Shown piece by piece: positions 1-14,044 of a stretch of DNA of 64,000 nt (its first letter is position 1; each line of letters starts with the position of its first letter). Both the position numbers and the translations under genes were made by a program. Source of the DNA: Eledone cirrhosa (lineage: Eukaryota); NCBI GenBank assembly GCA_964016885.1, contig OZ024746.1:31000001-31064000 (forward strand), given 5' to 3'. The notes beneath the pieces are model-generated. The model was not told the origin of the DNA. It did not search any database and was given only the letters and a program-made list of their open reading frames with translations.

Positions 1-79
1 TAGAAGAAAAGATTTAGATGAAAGCTGTTACCATGTTAAAATATATTAATTATGAAATATACCACACAAACACACAGCT

Positions 80-220
<141 letters not shown>

Positions 221-221
221 C

Positions 222-362
<141 letters not shown>

Positions 363-420
363 AAGATAGAGAGAAAGAGATAGTGGTTGTGAGAGAGTAG
401 ATTGAAAGAGAGAGAGGAGA

Positions 421-467
<47 letters not shown>

Positions 468-516
468 TATATATACATATGTGTGTGTGTGTGGGTGTGG
501 GTGTGTGTGTGGGTGT

Positions 517-616
<100 letters not shown>

Positions 617-1029
617 GTTCCCAGTCAGTGTATATTTATTTTTCAAATTGTATTCAATGTTTGAAAGCTGTTACATTTTACATATACATATACGTATGTG
701 TATAAGTATGTATGTACATATATATAAAATATATATGTGTATATATATATGTGTGTGTGCGTGTTTGTGTCATTTATAAATGTAATTATGTTTATCGATT
801 TCAAAATATATTTCTTCATTATAAAATATGCAAATATTACAGTAATTATGACATATCTTTTACGATTCAAAAGGTTTTTCATATATTGTATATATTATAT
901 TGTAGAATATATGCTGAATATATCATATATCAATATATCTATCTATCTATCTATATATATATATATATATATATATATAGATATATAGATATAAACATAT
1001 GCATATACATATATCTATATATCTATATA

Positions 1030-1076
<47 letters not shown>

Positions 1077-1079
1077 ATT

Positions 1080-1110
<31 letters not shown>

Positions 1111-1122
1111 ATTTATATATAA

Positions 1123-1191
<69 letters not shown>

Positions 1192-1223
1192 GATATAAAC
1201 ATATGCATATACATATATGTATA

Positions 1224-1356
<133 letters not shown>

Positions 1357-1403
1357 ATATATATTTATAGATATAAACATATGCATATACATATATCTAT
1401 ATA

Positions 1404-1479
<76 letters not shown>

Positions 1480-1609
1480 ATATATATATATTTATATATA
1501 TAAACATATGCATATACATATATATATAAATTTTATTCTCTCCAACGTCGCCGCGAGCGGCACATCATCTGCATGATGTGGAAAATATTCCATCAGCATT
1601 GCCCAAATA

Positions 1610-1795
1610 ATTGTTTCTACTTTTGGCACAAGGCCAGCAATTACCCAGTGCATTACTGGTACTTTATTTTATCGACCCCGTAAGGATGAAAGGCAAAGTC
1701 AACCTCGGCGGGATTTGAACTCAGATCGTAAAGGGACGTAACTATGCTGGAAAGCATGGCGTCCGACCCTCTACCGATACTGCCAACCCACCGCC
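1610..1795 (-). mobile_element. tRNA-derived SINE (young family), TSD GCCCAAATAAT
   Basis: A box TGGCAGTATCGG, B box GTTCAAATCC, central GCCTTTCATCCTTACGGGGTCGATAAAAT domain, ATT tail; TSD at 1601-1611 and 1793-1803. Confidence 0.9.
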
Positions 1796-2078
1796 CAAAT
1801 AATGTTGGCATTATATAAGGCTTGGGCCCCGTGCTATCCACCCACAACAAAAATCACACTCGCATCTCATAAGAACAGTACCGCACAATTATTTCACTTC
1901 AATTGCCTCCGCTCTCTTTAAGATTACACCAAAAAACATTAAAACAGAAACAGAACCCTTAAAGTTGAAGAAATCCCGGATAAACCTCCTACACCCGGAT
2001 ATGTCTTGAAAGACTTCGCCAGGTGGTACTATTAAGTTAGACATGGCCTGGGCCAATACTGGCTTAAAGCTATCAAAG

Positions 2079-2256
<178 letters not shown>

Positions 2257-2377
2257 CTTTGATAGCTATATATATAACTTTGATATATATAACTTTGATC
2301 ATATTTTTTTAAATTGTAATGTAATGCTCAGAAATATTTTCTTAGAGCTTAAGAATTGTATTTGACTTCTAAATTGA

Positions 2378-2555
<178 letters not shown>

Positions 2556-2921
2556 TCAATTTAGAAGTCAAATACAATTCTTAAGCTCTAAGAAAATATT
2601 TCTGAGCATTACATTACAATTTAAAAAAATATGATCAACACTAGTGTGTTTTTTTGTCAAAATGACAATAATTTTTTAGCCAGATAGAAATACCTTAATT
2701 CAAGTACATATAGACCGCCTGTATCGATCTAGAAAATATTAAATATTAAGTCTATACTTACAGGCGTAAAATGGCAAGTATAGACTTAATATTTAATATT
2801 TTCTAGATCGATACAGGCGGACTATATGTACTTGAATTAAGATATTTCTATCTGGCTAAAAAATTATTGTCATTTTGCAAAAAAACACATTAGTGTTGAT
2901 CATATTTTTTTAAATGTAATG

Positions 2922-2956
<35 letters not shown>

Positions 2957-3012
2957 TGGTAACACAACAGTTAGTTCACCATACCGAATATATATATATA
3001 TATATAATATTT

Positions 3013-3203
3013 AATTGTTCCTTCTTTTTGGCACAAGGCCACGAATTAACCAGTGTATTACTGGTACTTTATTTTATCGACCCCGTAAGGATGAAAGGCA
3101 AAGTTAACCTCGACGGGATTTGAACTCAGAATGGCAAGGGCCGTAACTCTATGCGTCAAAGCATGGCGTCCGACCCTCTACCGATACTGCCAATTCACCG
3201 CCC
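3013..3203 (-). mobile_element. Same SINE family, diverged copy
   Basis: Alignable by eye to 1610-1795. Confidence 0.85.
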
Positions 3204-3927
3204 TTATATTATATATATATATAATATATAATATATTGTAGAATATATATTTATGCATATGTACAGTATATGTTATATAAGAGAATATATACAGAATATA
3301 TTTATACATGTATACAGTATATGTTAAATAAAAGAATATATACGGTATGTATTATATATATCTCTATATATACAGTATATGTTATATAAAAGAATATATG
3401 CAGAATATTTTATATATTATTATATATACAGTATATATTATGTAAGAGAATATATACAAAATATTTTTTATATATGTATATATACAGTATATGCTCTATA
3501 AGAGAATATAGACGGTTTAAATACATAAGTCTTCGATATACGAATGGCTAGATGTCAGCAGAAGGGCACCCAGGAGTCATGAACTGGATGCGACCCGGCG
3601 CCCTTAGAGTGTAAGAAGTTAAAGGCCGAAACACTCGCTTGAGGCGGGATTTCTTCTCTGAAGACCTTCTGCTGAACACCTCTCCTGAGAATTTCTAATC
3701 ATTATATATATACAGAATCTGTTATATAAGAGAATATATCGAGAATATTTTATATAAACGTCGGTGTAAAACAATGTTATTATATACGTCAACTCGAAAC
3801 CTCAATCTATCCAACCTATCAGCAGAAGGGCCGAAATACTTGTTGCTTGAGATAGATAGATAGAGGGAGAGAGAGATGTGCTCTTAATATATCGATATAT
3901 ATATCTATCTAACTATCTCTCTCTCCC

Positions 3928-4036
<109 letters not shown>

Positions 4037-5332
4037 GAAACAAAATGGCGTAGGACAGAACAAAGGAGAGGCACAGAAACAAAGAAAGAAATCCCCAGTC
4101 ACTGAAGAGGTCACAGAGTGTGTGACGAAAGAACTATGACAATATATAAACAACTATCTGGTTGTGGAACCAACCAACCAACCAGAAATTTATAAATTTA
4201 TAAATTTATTATAAATTTATTATAATAAATTGAAGTGAAACAACTGGTGCGTGTGTTTCTTATTGGCAACATGACCCTCCAAAGTATAACAATATATATA
4301 TGGTGTATAAAGATATTAAGAACCCACACACATCCCTATATAGACAAACTTGTCTATTTAACACAATCCATTTCCTCTTTTCATCTGTCGCCGTCGAGAT
4401 CTCAGGCGTCCTTAGTACAGCTGACCTGCTCCGTAAAATCGGAATGAAAGCAGCCCGTCCGAGGAAGGAGCCCCGCAAGGTGGGGTGGCTGTTGTGGCGG
4501 GTGTCGCTGGCCATTTTCCGCGGCAATCCCTTTGCCGTTTTATCCACAGGGCGCAGCCGAAACACCACTCTGACTTAGGTGTAGTCTATCACTCTCAACC
4601 CTTCTTCCTTTCTTTCGTTACTTAACACTCCTAGTTCTTACCCTCCCTTTCCTCTCATTTAACTATGAAATTGTAAGAGAGGGACACATTTTTAAGATTA
4701 TACGAATATAAATACTTTTTTTCTTTAACTTTCTTTAACTTTTTTTTATTCAACACATGAAGGCATTTAGAGAGAAACACTTCGATGTAAATAAATGTTT
4801 AAAAAAGCATTCATAAGTTCTTGTCATCACTGATAGTTCACCTTACTGAGGTGTCAGGTGATGCTCGTGGGGGTGTCTGGTTATTTCACCCGTTGTAATG
4901 CTGCAAGCATGTTTGCTTGCCTAAAAGTGTTTAGCTAACCCCTAAGATGTGAGGTGCGACCGATTATCGCACTTGGTGGTGAATTTCCCCCATCCCCACT
5001 TTTTTCTTTCCTTTATCATTATTGTTCAATGACTTACACAGATGCTATTCATTAATATAATTAGAGTTCAGATATCATTAAAGTTTACCATTCATTGGCT
5101 AGTTCGTGCTGTTACCGTTGGCCACAACACACACCCATACATACATTAATACATAGATTTTCCTGCTCTACACGTAAATCATTAGACTAGCAAAATAACA
5201 AAGAATCTAATTTATGCGAAGCTGGAAACATTGTAGAAACTCTGGTTGAATTGAAAAGTTGGTTAGTACTTTTTGTTCTATATTCTCTGTTTGTCACAGC
5301 TGCGAACAGGCTTGCCAGATTGGGATACTAAT

Positions 5333-5479
<147 letters not shown>

Positions 5480-5480
5480 T

Positions 5481-5512
<32 letters not shown>

Positions 5513-5594
5513 GTTATTCCGGGTTGAATCGGAGGTAACCACAGTAAGTAAGGTACTCAATACATTGCAGAGTATAAAAGTTTTAATATAGATG

Positions 5595-5645
5595 AGATTC
5601 TACAGGACTAGAACTGTTTCATTCTTTAGAAATCATCAGGAATCT
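5595..5645 (-). ncRNA. Type I hammerhead ribozyme, family A
   Basis: AGAUUC-CUGAUGA-U UUC uaaa GAA U-GAAA-CAG uucuaguc CUG-UA^GAAUCU: 6-bp stem I, complete core, GUA cleavage triplet. Confidence 0.8.
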
Positions 5646-5790
5646 GGGTATCAAAAAATAAGTATGGTATTTATAGGTCTCTACAAGTGGTATGAGAGGG
5701 TGGGGAGTGGGATGGGTGTAGGTCATTGGTTGATAGAAAAGGGAATTCATTAAAAGCTAATTCTACAAAGCTATAGTTTATTTTTATTTA

Positions 5791-5861
<71 letters not shown>

Positions 5862-6054
5862 GGTATGGGTTTAACAGAACAAGTTTATTAGGAACTTTCA
5901 ATGTTTATTTTTTAGGTTTCGCCGTCTGAAGAGCTATCTAAACTGATAGTTCTCAGTAAAATATGTATAACGGAGTTTTAAATAAACCTGAACTAACTGA
6001 ATATGGCCTCCGATCTTGAAAGGGCCGGAGCTCATCCGTCGGGTTCCTCAATCT

Positions 6055-6184
<130 letters not shown>

Positions 6185-6324
6185 GTCAGGACCCCGAACA
6201 GTTCGGATCTAGCTGTCGAAACGGCCGGAGCTCAGCCGTTTTTATATTACCCACTCTACTACCCTAAGTATCGAGTACTCTGGTGCGTTATGGTTCAGCT
6301 GGTAACTTATCACACATTCTTTGT

Positions 6325-6364
<40 letters not shown>

Positions 6365-6442
6365 ACAAAGAACTATCCAGCGAATTTCAACCGTTGGGGT
6401 TGTCTTTTTTCCGGGTCAATATTTATTTCTAAAACAAATCTG

Positions 6443-6510
6443 TATTTTATCTGATGAAAGCGTACCATATTTTTTACCTTGGTCGCCCTTGAAATATATA
6501 TAATAAAATA
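6443..6510 (+). ncRNA. Type I hammerhead ribozyme, family B
   Basis: TATTTTAT-CTGATGA-AAG...CTT-GAAA-T ATAT A-TA^ATAAAATA: 8-bp stem I, palindromic minimal stem III. Confidence 0.72.
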
Positions 6511-6662
6511 ATTATGGTTTTATAAATATAGTTTCCATTTATTGATGTATTGTATATTTACTCCACTAAATTGTTGAGTGGTTTATATCAGTTATAAAAA
6601 TGTTTAAGCTTGTTGAATCCCAACAAATTAAATATAACCTCTGCATATATATATATATATAT

Positions 6663-6868
6663 AACAAAGGAAATGTGGTAAGGAACCAGATGGACCATAA
6701 CGCACCAGAGTACTCAATACTTAGAGTAGTAGAGTGGGAAATAGGAAAAAGTATGACCCCGACGGCAGAGCTCAAGCCGTTTCGACGGCTATTTCTGGAC
6801 TAAATTCAATTTAGTCCAAAAATAGCCGTCGAAACGGCTTGAGCTCTGCCGTCGGTGTCATACTTTTT

Positions 6869-6916
<48 letters not shown>

Positions 6917-7105
6917 AAAAGGTATGACTCCGACGGCAGAGCTCAAGCCGTTTCGACGGCTATTTAAGTCCAGAAATAGCCGTCGAAACGGCTTGAGCTC
7001 TGCCGTCGGGGTCATACCTTTTCCTATTACCTACTCTACTACCCTAAGTATTGAGTACTCTGGTGCGTTATGGTCCATCTGGTTCCTTACCACAATTCCT
7101 TAGTT
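6663..7105. mobile_element. Short (TA)n-flanked repeat family G as two inverted pairs; other copies near 6215-6320, 27961-28053, 29791-29930, 30221-30305, 31286-31600, 37081-37273
   Basis: Recurrent GAAACGGCTTGAGCTCTGCCGTCGGGGTCATAC...CTTACCACATTTCCTTCG followed by (TA)n. Confidence 0.8.
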
Positions 7106-7486
7106 ATATATATATATATACGTATATAAATATGTGTTGGGGTAGAGGTGTATAGGCAACAGATACTAAACTCCGTGGTCATCAGCCGTAGAAATGTCTA
7201 GACAGTTTCGAACCTTACTTGTACGACTTAAATATAGTCCATTTAATTCTATACCCGTAAGTTTTATTTTGTCAGATACTGTGACCCTAGATGGACCAAC
7301 ACTACCCGCGGTAGAAGTCGATATATAGTTATAGAGGTATTTATTTACGCTTTAATTTATATTTTTAATTATCGTGTCTATAGTCTGCCTTTCATAGGTT
7401 ATAGATTCCATACACTGGTGGTTTTTACCTGTTTTATTAATAGCGCACTGTATCTCTCTCTAGTGTGTTACCTTTTCAACATATTG

Positions 7487-7583
<97 letters not shown>

Positions 7584-7661
7584 AAACGTAAACAACAAAG
7601 CAAATAACACAGTACAGAGAAGAAATATATTAGTTTAACGCTTGATATAATAGGAAGTGAT

Positions 7662-7697
7662 TCTTTACGTTTCGGACATTAGTCATTCATCAGAAGA
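7662..7697 (-). ncRNA. Minimal hammerhead ribozyme, family E
   Basis: TCTT-CTGATGA-AT GAC taat GTC C-GAAA-CG-TA^AAGA; stem III reduced to palindromic ACGU. Confidence 0.6.
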
Positions 7698-7968
7698 TAG
7701 AATGTAATATAAAAGATGAAATAGAAAGATAGACATGGAGAAGAAGAAGGAACGAAAAACTAATTCTTTTTAGAAAAAGCACGAGTGCATTCAGTCATAT
7801 TTTATTGATTTATGAACTTTAAAAAAACAATTACTTAATTTTTAAATGCATCAATTTGATCTAGATTGCAGGGTGAGAACCTGGTGAAATATAATCCCTA
7901 ACCGGGAACAGTAATCGGCAAATGTTTGGAAAATACTGGATTTGTAAATAACCTAAAGTGATCTTATA

Positions 7969-8147
7969 ATTGTTTCTACGTTAGGCACAAGGCCAGCAAA
8001 TTACCCAGTGCATTACTGGTACTTTATTTTATCGACCCCGTAAGGATGAAAGGCAAAGTCAACCTCGGCGGGATTTGAACTCAGATCGTAAAGGGACGTA
8101 ACTATGCTGGAAAGCATGGCGTCCGACCCTCTACCGATACTGCCAAT
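7969..8147 (-). mobile_element. Same SINE family
   Basis: Near-identical to 1610-1795. Confidence 0.9.
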
Positions 8148-8670
8148 AATCTGACTAAAATATCTCGATTATTTTCAAGGACATCTGGTTTCAATCATAG
8201 TTTTAAGAAAAGAAAAACACTTTATGTAATATTGTCATAGATATAGTATGTCTGTCTTCGAACCTAAGTTAGCTGTATCAACTGAGATCTGGATCAAAAT
8301 AAGTTATTTTGGTCAACGTGAGTCTATAGATCAACATAAATCTGTTAGATCGCTATAAGTTCGTTGTGGTAATGGTAGTAGTAATAGTGGTAGTTCTGGT
8401 AGTAGTGGTAGTGGGGGTAGTAATTTTAGTGGTGGTGGTGGTGGTGGTGATGGTGGTGCTGGTGCTGGTGTTGGTACTGGTGGTGGTGGTGGTGGTGGTC
8501 AAAGATATAGTTCTAAACCTATAGTGGAGATGAGATATGAGTGTGAAATATGAAGTTATCACTACTAGACTTAATGACAGTAATTAGTGATAGAGAGAGG
8601 GGGCAGAGGGGTGGAGAGAGAGTGAGAGGAGAAGACAGAGAGATGGATAAGCAGTGAGGCAGAGACAAAG

Positions 8671-8709
<39 letters not shown>

Positions 8710-9009
8710 AATATACATATATAAATATAGATAGATAGATAGAGACGGGGGGGGGCAGAGAGAGAGGGGGAATTTAATGAGAAAGAAGTGGAGGAGATAA
8801 TGGTAAATTAAAGTATGATAGTGATTACTGCCAGGATATTAGGTTAAACAATAGATGGGATTTTTTAATTAACCACTCCTACACCACATAATACTGATTA
8901 ATGACGAGAGACAGTATATGAAATATAAACAAATAAAAGAAAACTAGCACAGGGATGCTAAAATATTCTGGTTAATAGTAATAACCAGAATATAGCAATC
9001 AGCATCAGG

Positions 9010-9666
9010 AAAACTTGAAGTGGACACCTTTAAATAGCTAGAGCCCACTATGACCAAAGGTGGCAGATCTCAAAAGGAGATACTGATAAGATTTGCTCTG
9101 GCCACTTCTGTCATGGTAAAGCTGAATATCATATGGAAAAGCAACTCCATCAGTTTCCCAATGAAGCTAAAACTATACAAGTCCTTGGTGACTTCAATAC
9201 TTTTCTATGGGTGTGAGAGCTGAACTCTCACAGCTGACATGGAACAAATAAGCCAGTCATTCAAGCACAAGTGCTACAGAAGGTTGATACACGTCCCATA
9301 CACGGAACACAAAACAAACATCTTTGTCAGGCAGCAAGTTAACAAATATGCTGGCAGACATGAACTACTTGCATGAACTACTTGGTGAAAAGACGGATGC
9401 TTGCCTGGTATGGCCTTATATCCCGCCACGACCCCTTGTCTAAAATCATCCATCCTTCAGGGCAGTCGAGGAAGAGCGAAGAAGAAGCAGACAAAGAAAG
9501 TCCTAGCCCGACAACATCAAAGTCTGGACAGGTCACAACACTGAGACCCTTCTAGACATGAAGGAGAATAGAAACAAATGGCAACGACTAACTGAAAAGG
9601 TGTCTGGAGTGGCACCCCAACGAATGGCTGTACCAGTTGCGGGAACATGATGATGATGATGATGAT
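9010..9666 (+). mobile_element. Degraded 3' end of an RTE-like LINE with (TGA)n tail
   Basis: Remnant peptides FK*LEPT, KLKLYKSLVTSILFYGCES*TL, LAWYGLISR. The same family occurs at 62440-62960. Confidence 0.7.
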
Positions 9667-9688
9667 ATATATATATATATATAGTAAT

Positions 9689-9877
9689 AATTGTTTCTAC
9701 TTTAGGCACAAGGCCAGAAATTACCCAGTGCATTACTGGTACTTTATTTTATCGACCCCGTAAGGATGAAAGGCAAAGTCAACCTCGGCGGGATTTGAAC
9801 TCAGATCGTAAAGGGACGTAACTATGCTGGAAAGCATGGCGTCCGACCCTCTACCGATACTGCCAATCCACCGCCCC
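9689..9877 (-). mobile_element. Same SINE family, TSD TATATATATAGTAATAAT
   Basis: Near-identical copy with a direct flanking repeat. Confidence 0.9.
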
Positions 9878-10124
9878 TATATATATAGTAATAATATATA
9901 GTAATAATAATAAATACAAAGACCAAAATCCAGGGAGGACTCGATAAGGGTTGTATATATATATATAAATATATATATATACCCGTATAACAAATATTTA
10001 TAATTAGCACAGATTAAATGTTTAAGTAAACAATTTCTGCTGTCACCCTAAACGGAATCATGTATGATGAACTCCTATACTTAAGGGGAAAGTAGAAATT
10101 GTTTGCAGAAACTTTTAATTCGTG

Positions 10125-10213
<89 letters not shown>

Positions 10214-10293
10214 TATGTTAGGTTATATTGCAGTTTACCAATATATGTCCTGGTAAAATTATGTTATATGTCTAAATTGGTTATTCACTCTTA

Positions 10294-10336
<43 letters not shown>

Positions 10337-10383
10337 TGAGATTCTACAGGACTAGAACTGTTTCATTCATTAGAAATCATCAG

Positions 10384-10432
10384 GATTCCTGATGATTTCT
10401 AATGAATGAAACAGTTCTAGTCCTGTAGAATC
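10384..10432 (+). ncRNA. Type I hammerhead ribozyme, family A (inverted partner at 10340-10388)
   Basis: GATTC CTGATGA TTTC TAAT GAAT GAAA CAG..CTG TA GAATC. Confidence 0.78.
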
Positions 10433-10526
10433 TCATCTATATTAAAACTTTTATACTCTGCTATGTATTGAGTACCTTACTTACTGTGGTTACCTCCGAT
10501 TCAACCCGGAATAACGTATATATATA

Positions 10527-10604
<78 letters not shown>

Positions 10605-10611
10605 TTTTCTC

Positions 10612-10642
<31 letters not shown>

Positions 10643-10648
<6 letters not shown>

Positions 10649-10850
10649 ATACTTTGGGAGGGTCATGTTGCCAATAAGAAACACACGCACCAGTTGCTTT
10701 CACTTCAATTTATTATAATAAATTGAAGTGAAAGCAACAGGTGTGTGTGTTTCTTATTGGCAACATGACCCTCCCAAAGTATAACAATATCGGTTTCAAT
10801 ACACGTTTTCAGATAAAGAATCTTGCTAAACAAATTCAGAAACGAAATAT
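10643..10850. mobile_element. Short (TA)n-flanked repeat family H, inverted pair; other copies 4168-4295, 24341-24545, 26388-26473, 27706-27753
   Basis: Recurrent TTGAAGTGAAAGCAACTGGTGCGTGTGTTTCTTATTGGCAACATGACCCTCCCAAAGTATAACAATA. Confidence 0.8.
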
Positions 10851-11311
10851 ATATATATATATTGGTAAAAGGAAAAGAAAATGCTGACAAATTGTTCCCA
10901 GTGAAAAATAGTTTAATTAGGAAAAGGTAAAAATTAGTAATAAGTATTCGTTAGTATTCAGTTTTAGTTTTAAATTTAAACTTAAAACTAAAACTGAATA
11001 CTAACCAATACTTATTACTAATTTTTATTTATTCCTAATTAAACTATTTTTCACTGGGAACAATTTGTCAGCATTTTCTTTTCCTTTTACTAATATATCA
11101 CAACTCGTGTGTTACACCTCTATTCTTTTAAATATATATATATACATATATATATACATATATATATATATATACACACACATATATATATTTATATATA
11201 TATATATATATACTTGATATATTTTTTGTTAGTTAGTTCTCAATGAAGTACACATGTAGGTCTGTGTACTCCCGAATATTAGTTTAACAATAAAGTTGAA
11301 CTTTCGAATTA

Positions 11312-11443
11312 CAGGTATAACTTATTGCCAGCTGGACTGGAGCAAGTTTCTTGCTCAAGGACACAACGCACCGCCTGGAATCGGACTCACGACCTTACGG
11401 CCGAGAGCCGAATACCCTAACCACAAAGCCACGCTCATTCACA
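11312..11443 (-). mobile_element. Second tRNA-derived SINE family with CORE-like GTGTCCTTGAGCAAG segment (relatives about 45285-45420, 47990-48540, 59990-60280)
   Basis: A/B-box-like head on the - strand followed by TGTGTCCTTGAGCAAG...TGCTCCAGTC. Confidence 0.6.
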
Positions 11444-12174
11444 CTATATAATATATAATAAAAAGCTAAATATAAATGAGAATCAGGGTTGGAAATAAGA
11501 TAAAGGTTGAAGATAAAATGAAGACCAATAAATAAATAAATTATACATGAAGAAAATACATGAAAAGAAATAAAAATAGAAAAATAAAAATAAAATAGGG
11601 AAAATGTTGATGATAAAATATAAGAAGAGAGGATAAAGAGATGTAAAATATAAAATAAAGGGTGAGAAATATGAATAGTACTAAGATACGATTATGTCAA
11701 CACCTAATATATATCACGAAATTGATGATCGTACAGATGAATGTCGATCCACGAGGAAGTAGAGGCCCAGGAAGACCAAAAAGGACTTAGATGGAGGATG
11801 TCTGTCGGGATCAAGCTAGGCTTGACCTGGCCCAAGTGAGACCAGTGGACACAAATACTAAGGAGTGATATGGGACAGGAACCACCCTACTTAAGGATTA
11901 ATTATGTCCAGTATAATCAAAAACTGGATGATGACAGAGATATTAAATAAATATGTTAAAATAAATGTAGCACAGAATAAACTCACAAAAAGGGGGAGAA
12001 GAAAGGAATTCCCAGTATTTCCAAGTATCAATATAAGGTAGTAAGAAAGAAGAAGAATATATATATATATATATATGTGTGTGTAGGAGGTGAGTTTTAT
12101 TGTAGTACAATAAAGCAATGAATTTAAAACTGCACTATTCACAAGTGTGTTTTAACCTTCATATCATGTCTCCC

Positions 12175-12245
12175 TATTTTATCTGACGAAAACGCAAATG
12201 TTATTGCATGATGATATTTGTTTTTGAAATGCGCATGATAAAATA
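12175..12245 (+). ncRNA. Hammerhead family C copy with an AUG (probably non-cleavable) triplet
   Basis: CTGACGA core, same stems as the 27612 copy, G at the cleavage position. Confidence 0.6.
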
Positions 12246-12279
12246 CATGGAACTCTTTTAACCATCTTTTGATCTTATA

Positions 12280-12368
<89 letters not shown>

Positions 12369-12692
12369 CTGTTCTCTTATGTGTGTGTGAATATATATAT
12401 ATTAGAAAGTGAGGGTTTTTTTACATGAAAAAGAAAAAAAAAACGAGGTGTCCTACAGGAGTGAAAGTATAAGGAAAAAGGATGAAATCGAAAATGCAAC
12501 TAGAGTCTTTTTTTATAAAAATATATTTATTTGGTTCCTTTATCGATTTCGCAGTTCTTCTGCTTTTCAAAAGTAGAATTGAGATGGAGGGTTTGTGGTT
12601 TTTCTCACATCTGGTTGGTCTTTGATTGTTACTTTTGTTTTATATGGAACAAAGTGGCTCGAAATGCTAGGTTTTTAGAGAAGTGATTTGGT

Positions 12693-12843
<151 letters not shown>

Positions 12844-13052
12844 ATGTATTGAGTACCTTACTTACTGTGGTTACCTCCGATTCAACCCGGAATAACGTGT
12901 ATATATATATATATATATATAAGCAAAGAGATATTTAATTTGTTGGTAATTCCACAAATATATTTATAACAGATTCGAAGCACTCTACAAGTTTTCTGGA
13001 GTATAATATCAATGATATTAATAAATGGAAACTATATTTATAAAACCATATT

Positions 13053-13113
13053 TATTCTATTATATATATTTCAAGGGTACCAAAACTTTGGTACGCTCTC
13101 ATCAGATAAAATA
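13053..13113 (-). ncRNA. Type I hammerhead ribozyme, family B (inverted partner 13217-13277 has GAAA>GTAA)
   Basis: TATTTTAT-CTGATGA-GAG C GTACCAAA gt TTTGGTAC C CTT-GAAA-TATATA-TA^ATAGAATA. Confidence 0.75.
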
Positions 13114-13497
13114 CAAAATTTGTTTTATAAATAGTGACATACCCAGGAATCAGACTTTAACAGTTCTGGTTAAGGTCTGATTCCTGGGTATGTCACTATT
13201 TATAAAACAAATTTTGTATTTTATCTGATGAGAGCGTACCAAAGTTTTGGTACCCTTGTAATATATATAATAGAATAAATATGGTTTTATAAATATAGTT
13301 TCCATTTATTAATATCATTAATATTATACTCCAGAAAATCTGTCGAGTGCTTCGAATTTGTTATAAATATATTTGTGGAATTACCAACAAATTAAATATC
13401 TCTTTGCTTATATATATATGTGTGTGTGTGTGTTATATATGTATATATATATATATATATATATTATATATTGTATATATATATTATATATATATAT

Positions 13498-13579
<82 letters not shown>

Positions 13580-13625
13580 GTATATATATATATATATATT
13601 ATATATATATATATTATATATATAT

Positions 13626-13628
<3 letters not shown>

Positions 13629-13683
<55 letters not shown>

Positions 13684-13684
13684 G

Positions 13685-13780
<96 letters not shown>
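13629..13780. repeat. (GATA)n microsatellite, about 38 units
   Basis: Direct reading; one GATG variant unit. Confidence 0.97.
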
Positions 13781-14044
13781 TATTTCTTTTATTTGCCACT
13801 AGGGCATCAAAAGTGGGACAAGTACAAAGGGGGGAGTTTACACAAAAAGGCGTCCTCAATAAGGAGGAGGCAATAACAAAATATAAAAATAAAATAAGAT
13901 ATAACAAAAAATAACATTTTTAACAAAATCCTCAATAGAGAGGAGGCGCCTTGGGGGGTCGCACACACCCCCGAAAAAAGTGTGCAACCCTTCTCCTCAG
14001 GAGCACAGAGAAGGGGTGCTCCCTTGGTCTTTCATCTTCCTCAC

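Noticed and set aside
3548-3850. CAGCAGAAGGGC...GGCCGAAA repeats (related sequence at 25790-25860) as hammerheads
   Set aside because: Core lacks CUGA and I could not build stems I and III.
5921-5973. CCGT-CTGAAGA...TA-ACGG hammerhead-like motif (similar weak cases at 7190-7280, 20126-20210, 25015-25045, 32733-32755)
   Set aside because: GAAA, CUGANGA or a stem is missing or disrupted; at best degenerate copies.
8353-8562. Poly-Thr ORF
   Set aside because: (GGT/AGT)n microsatellite.
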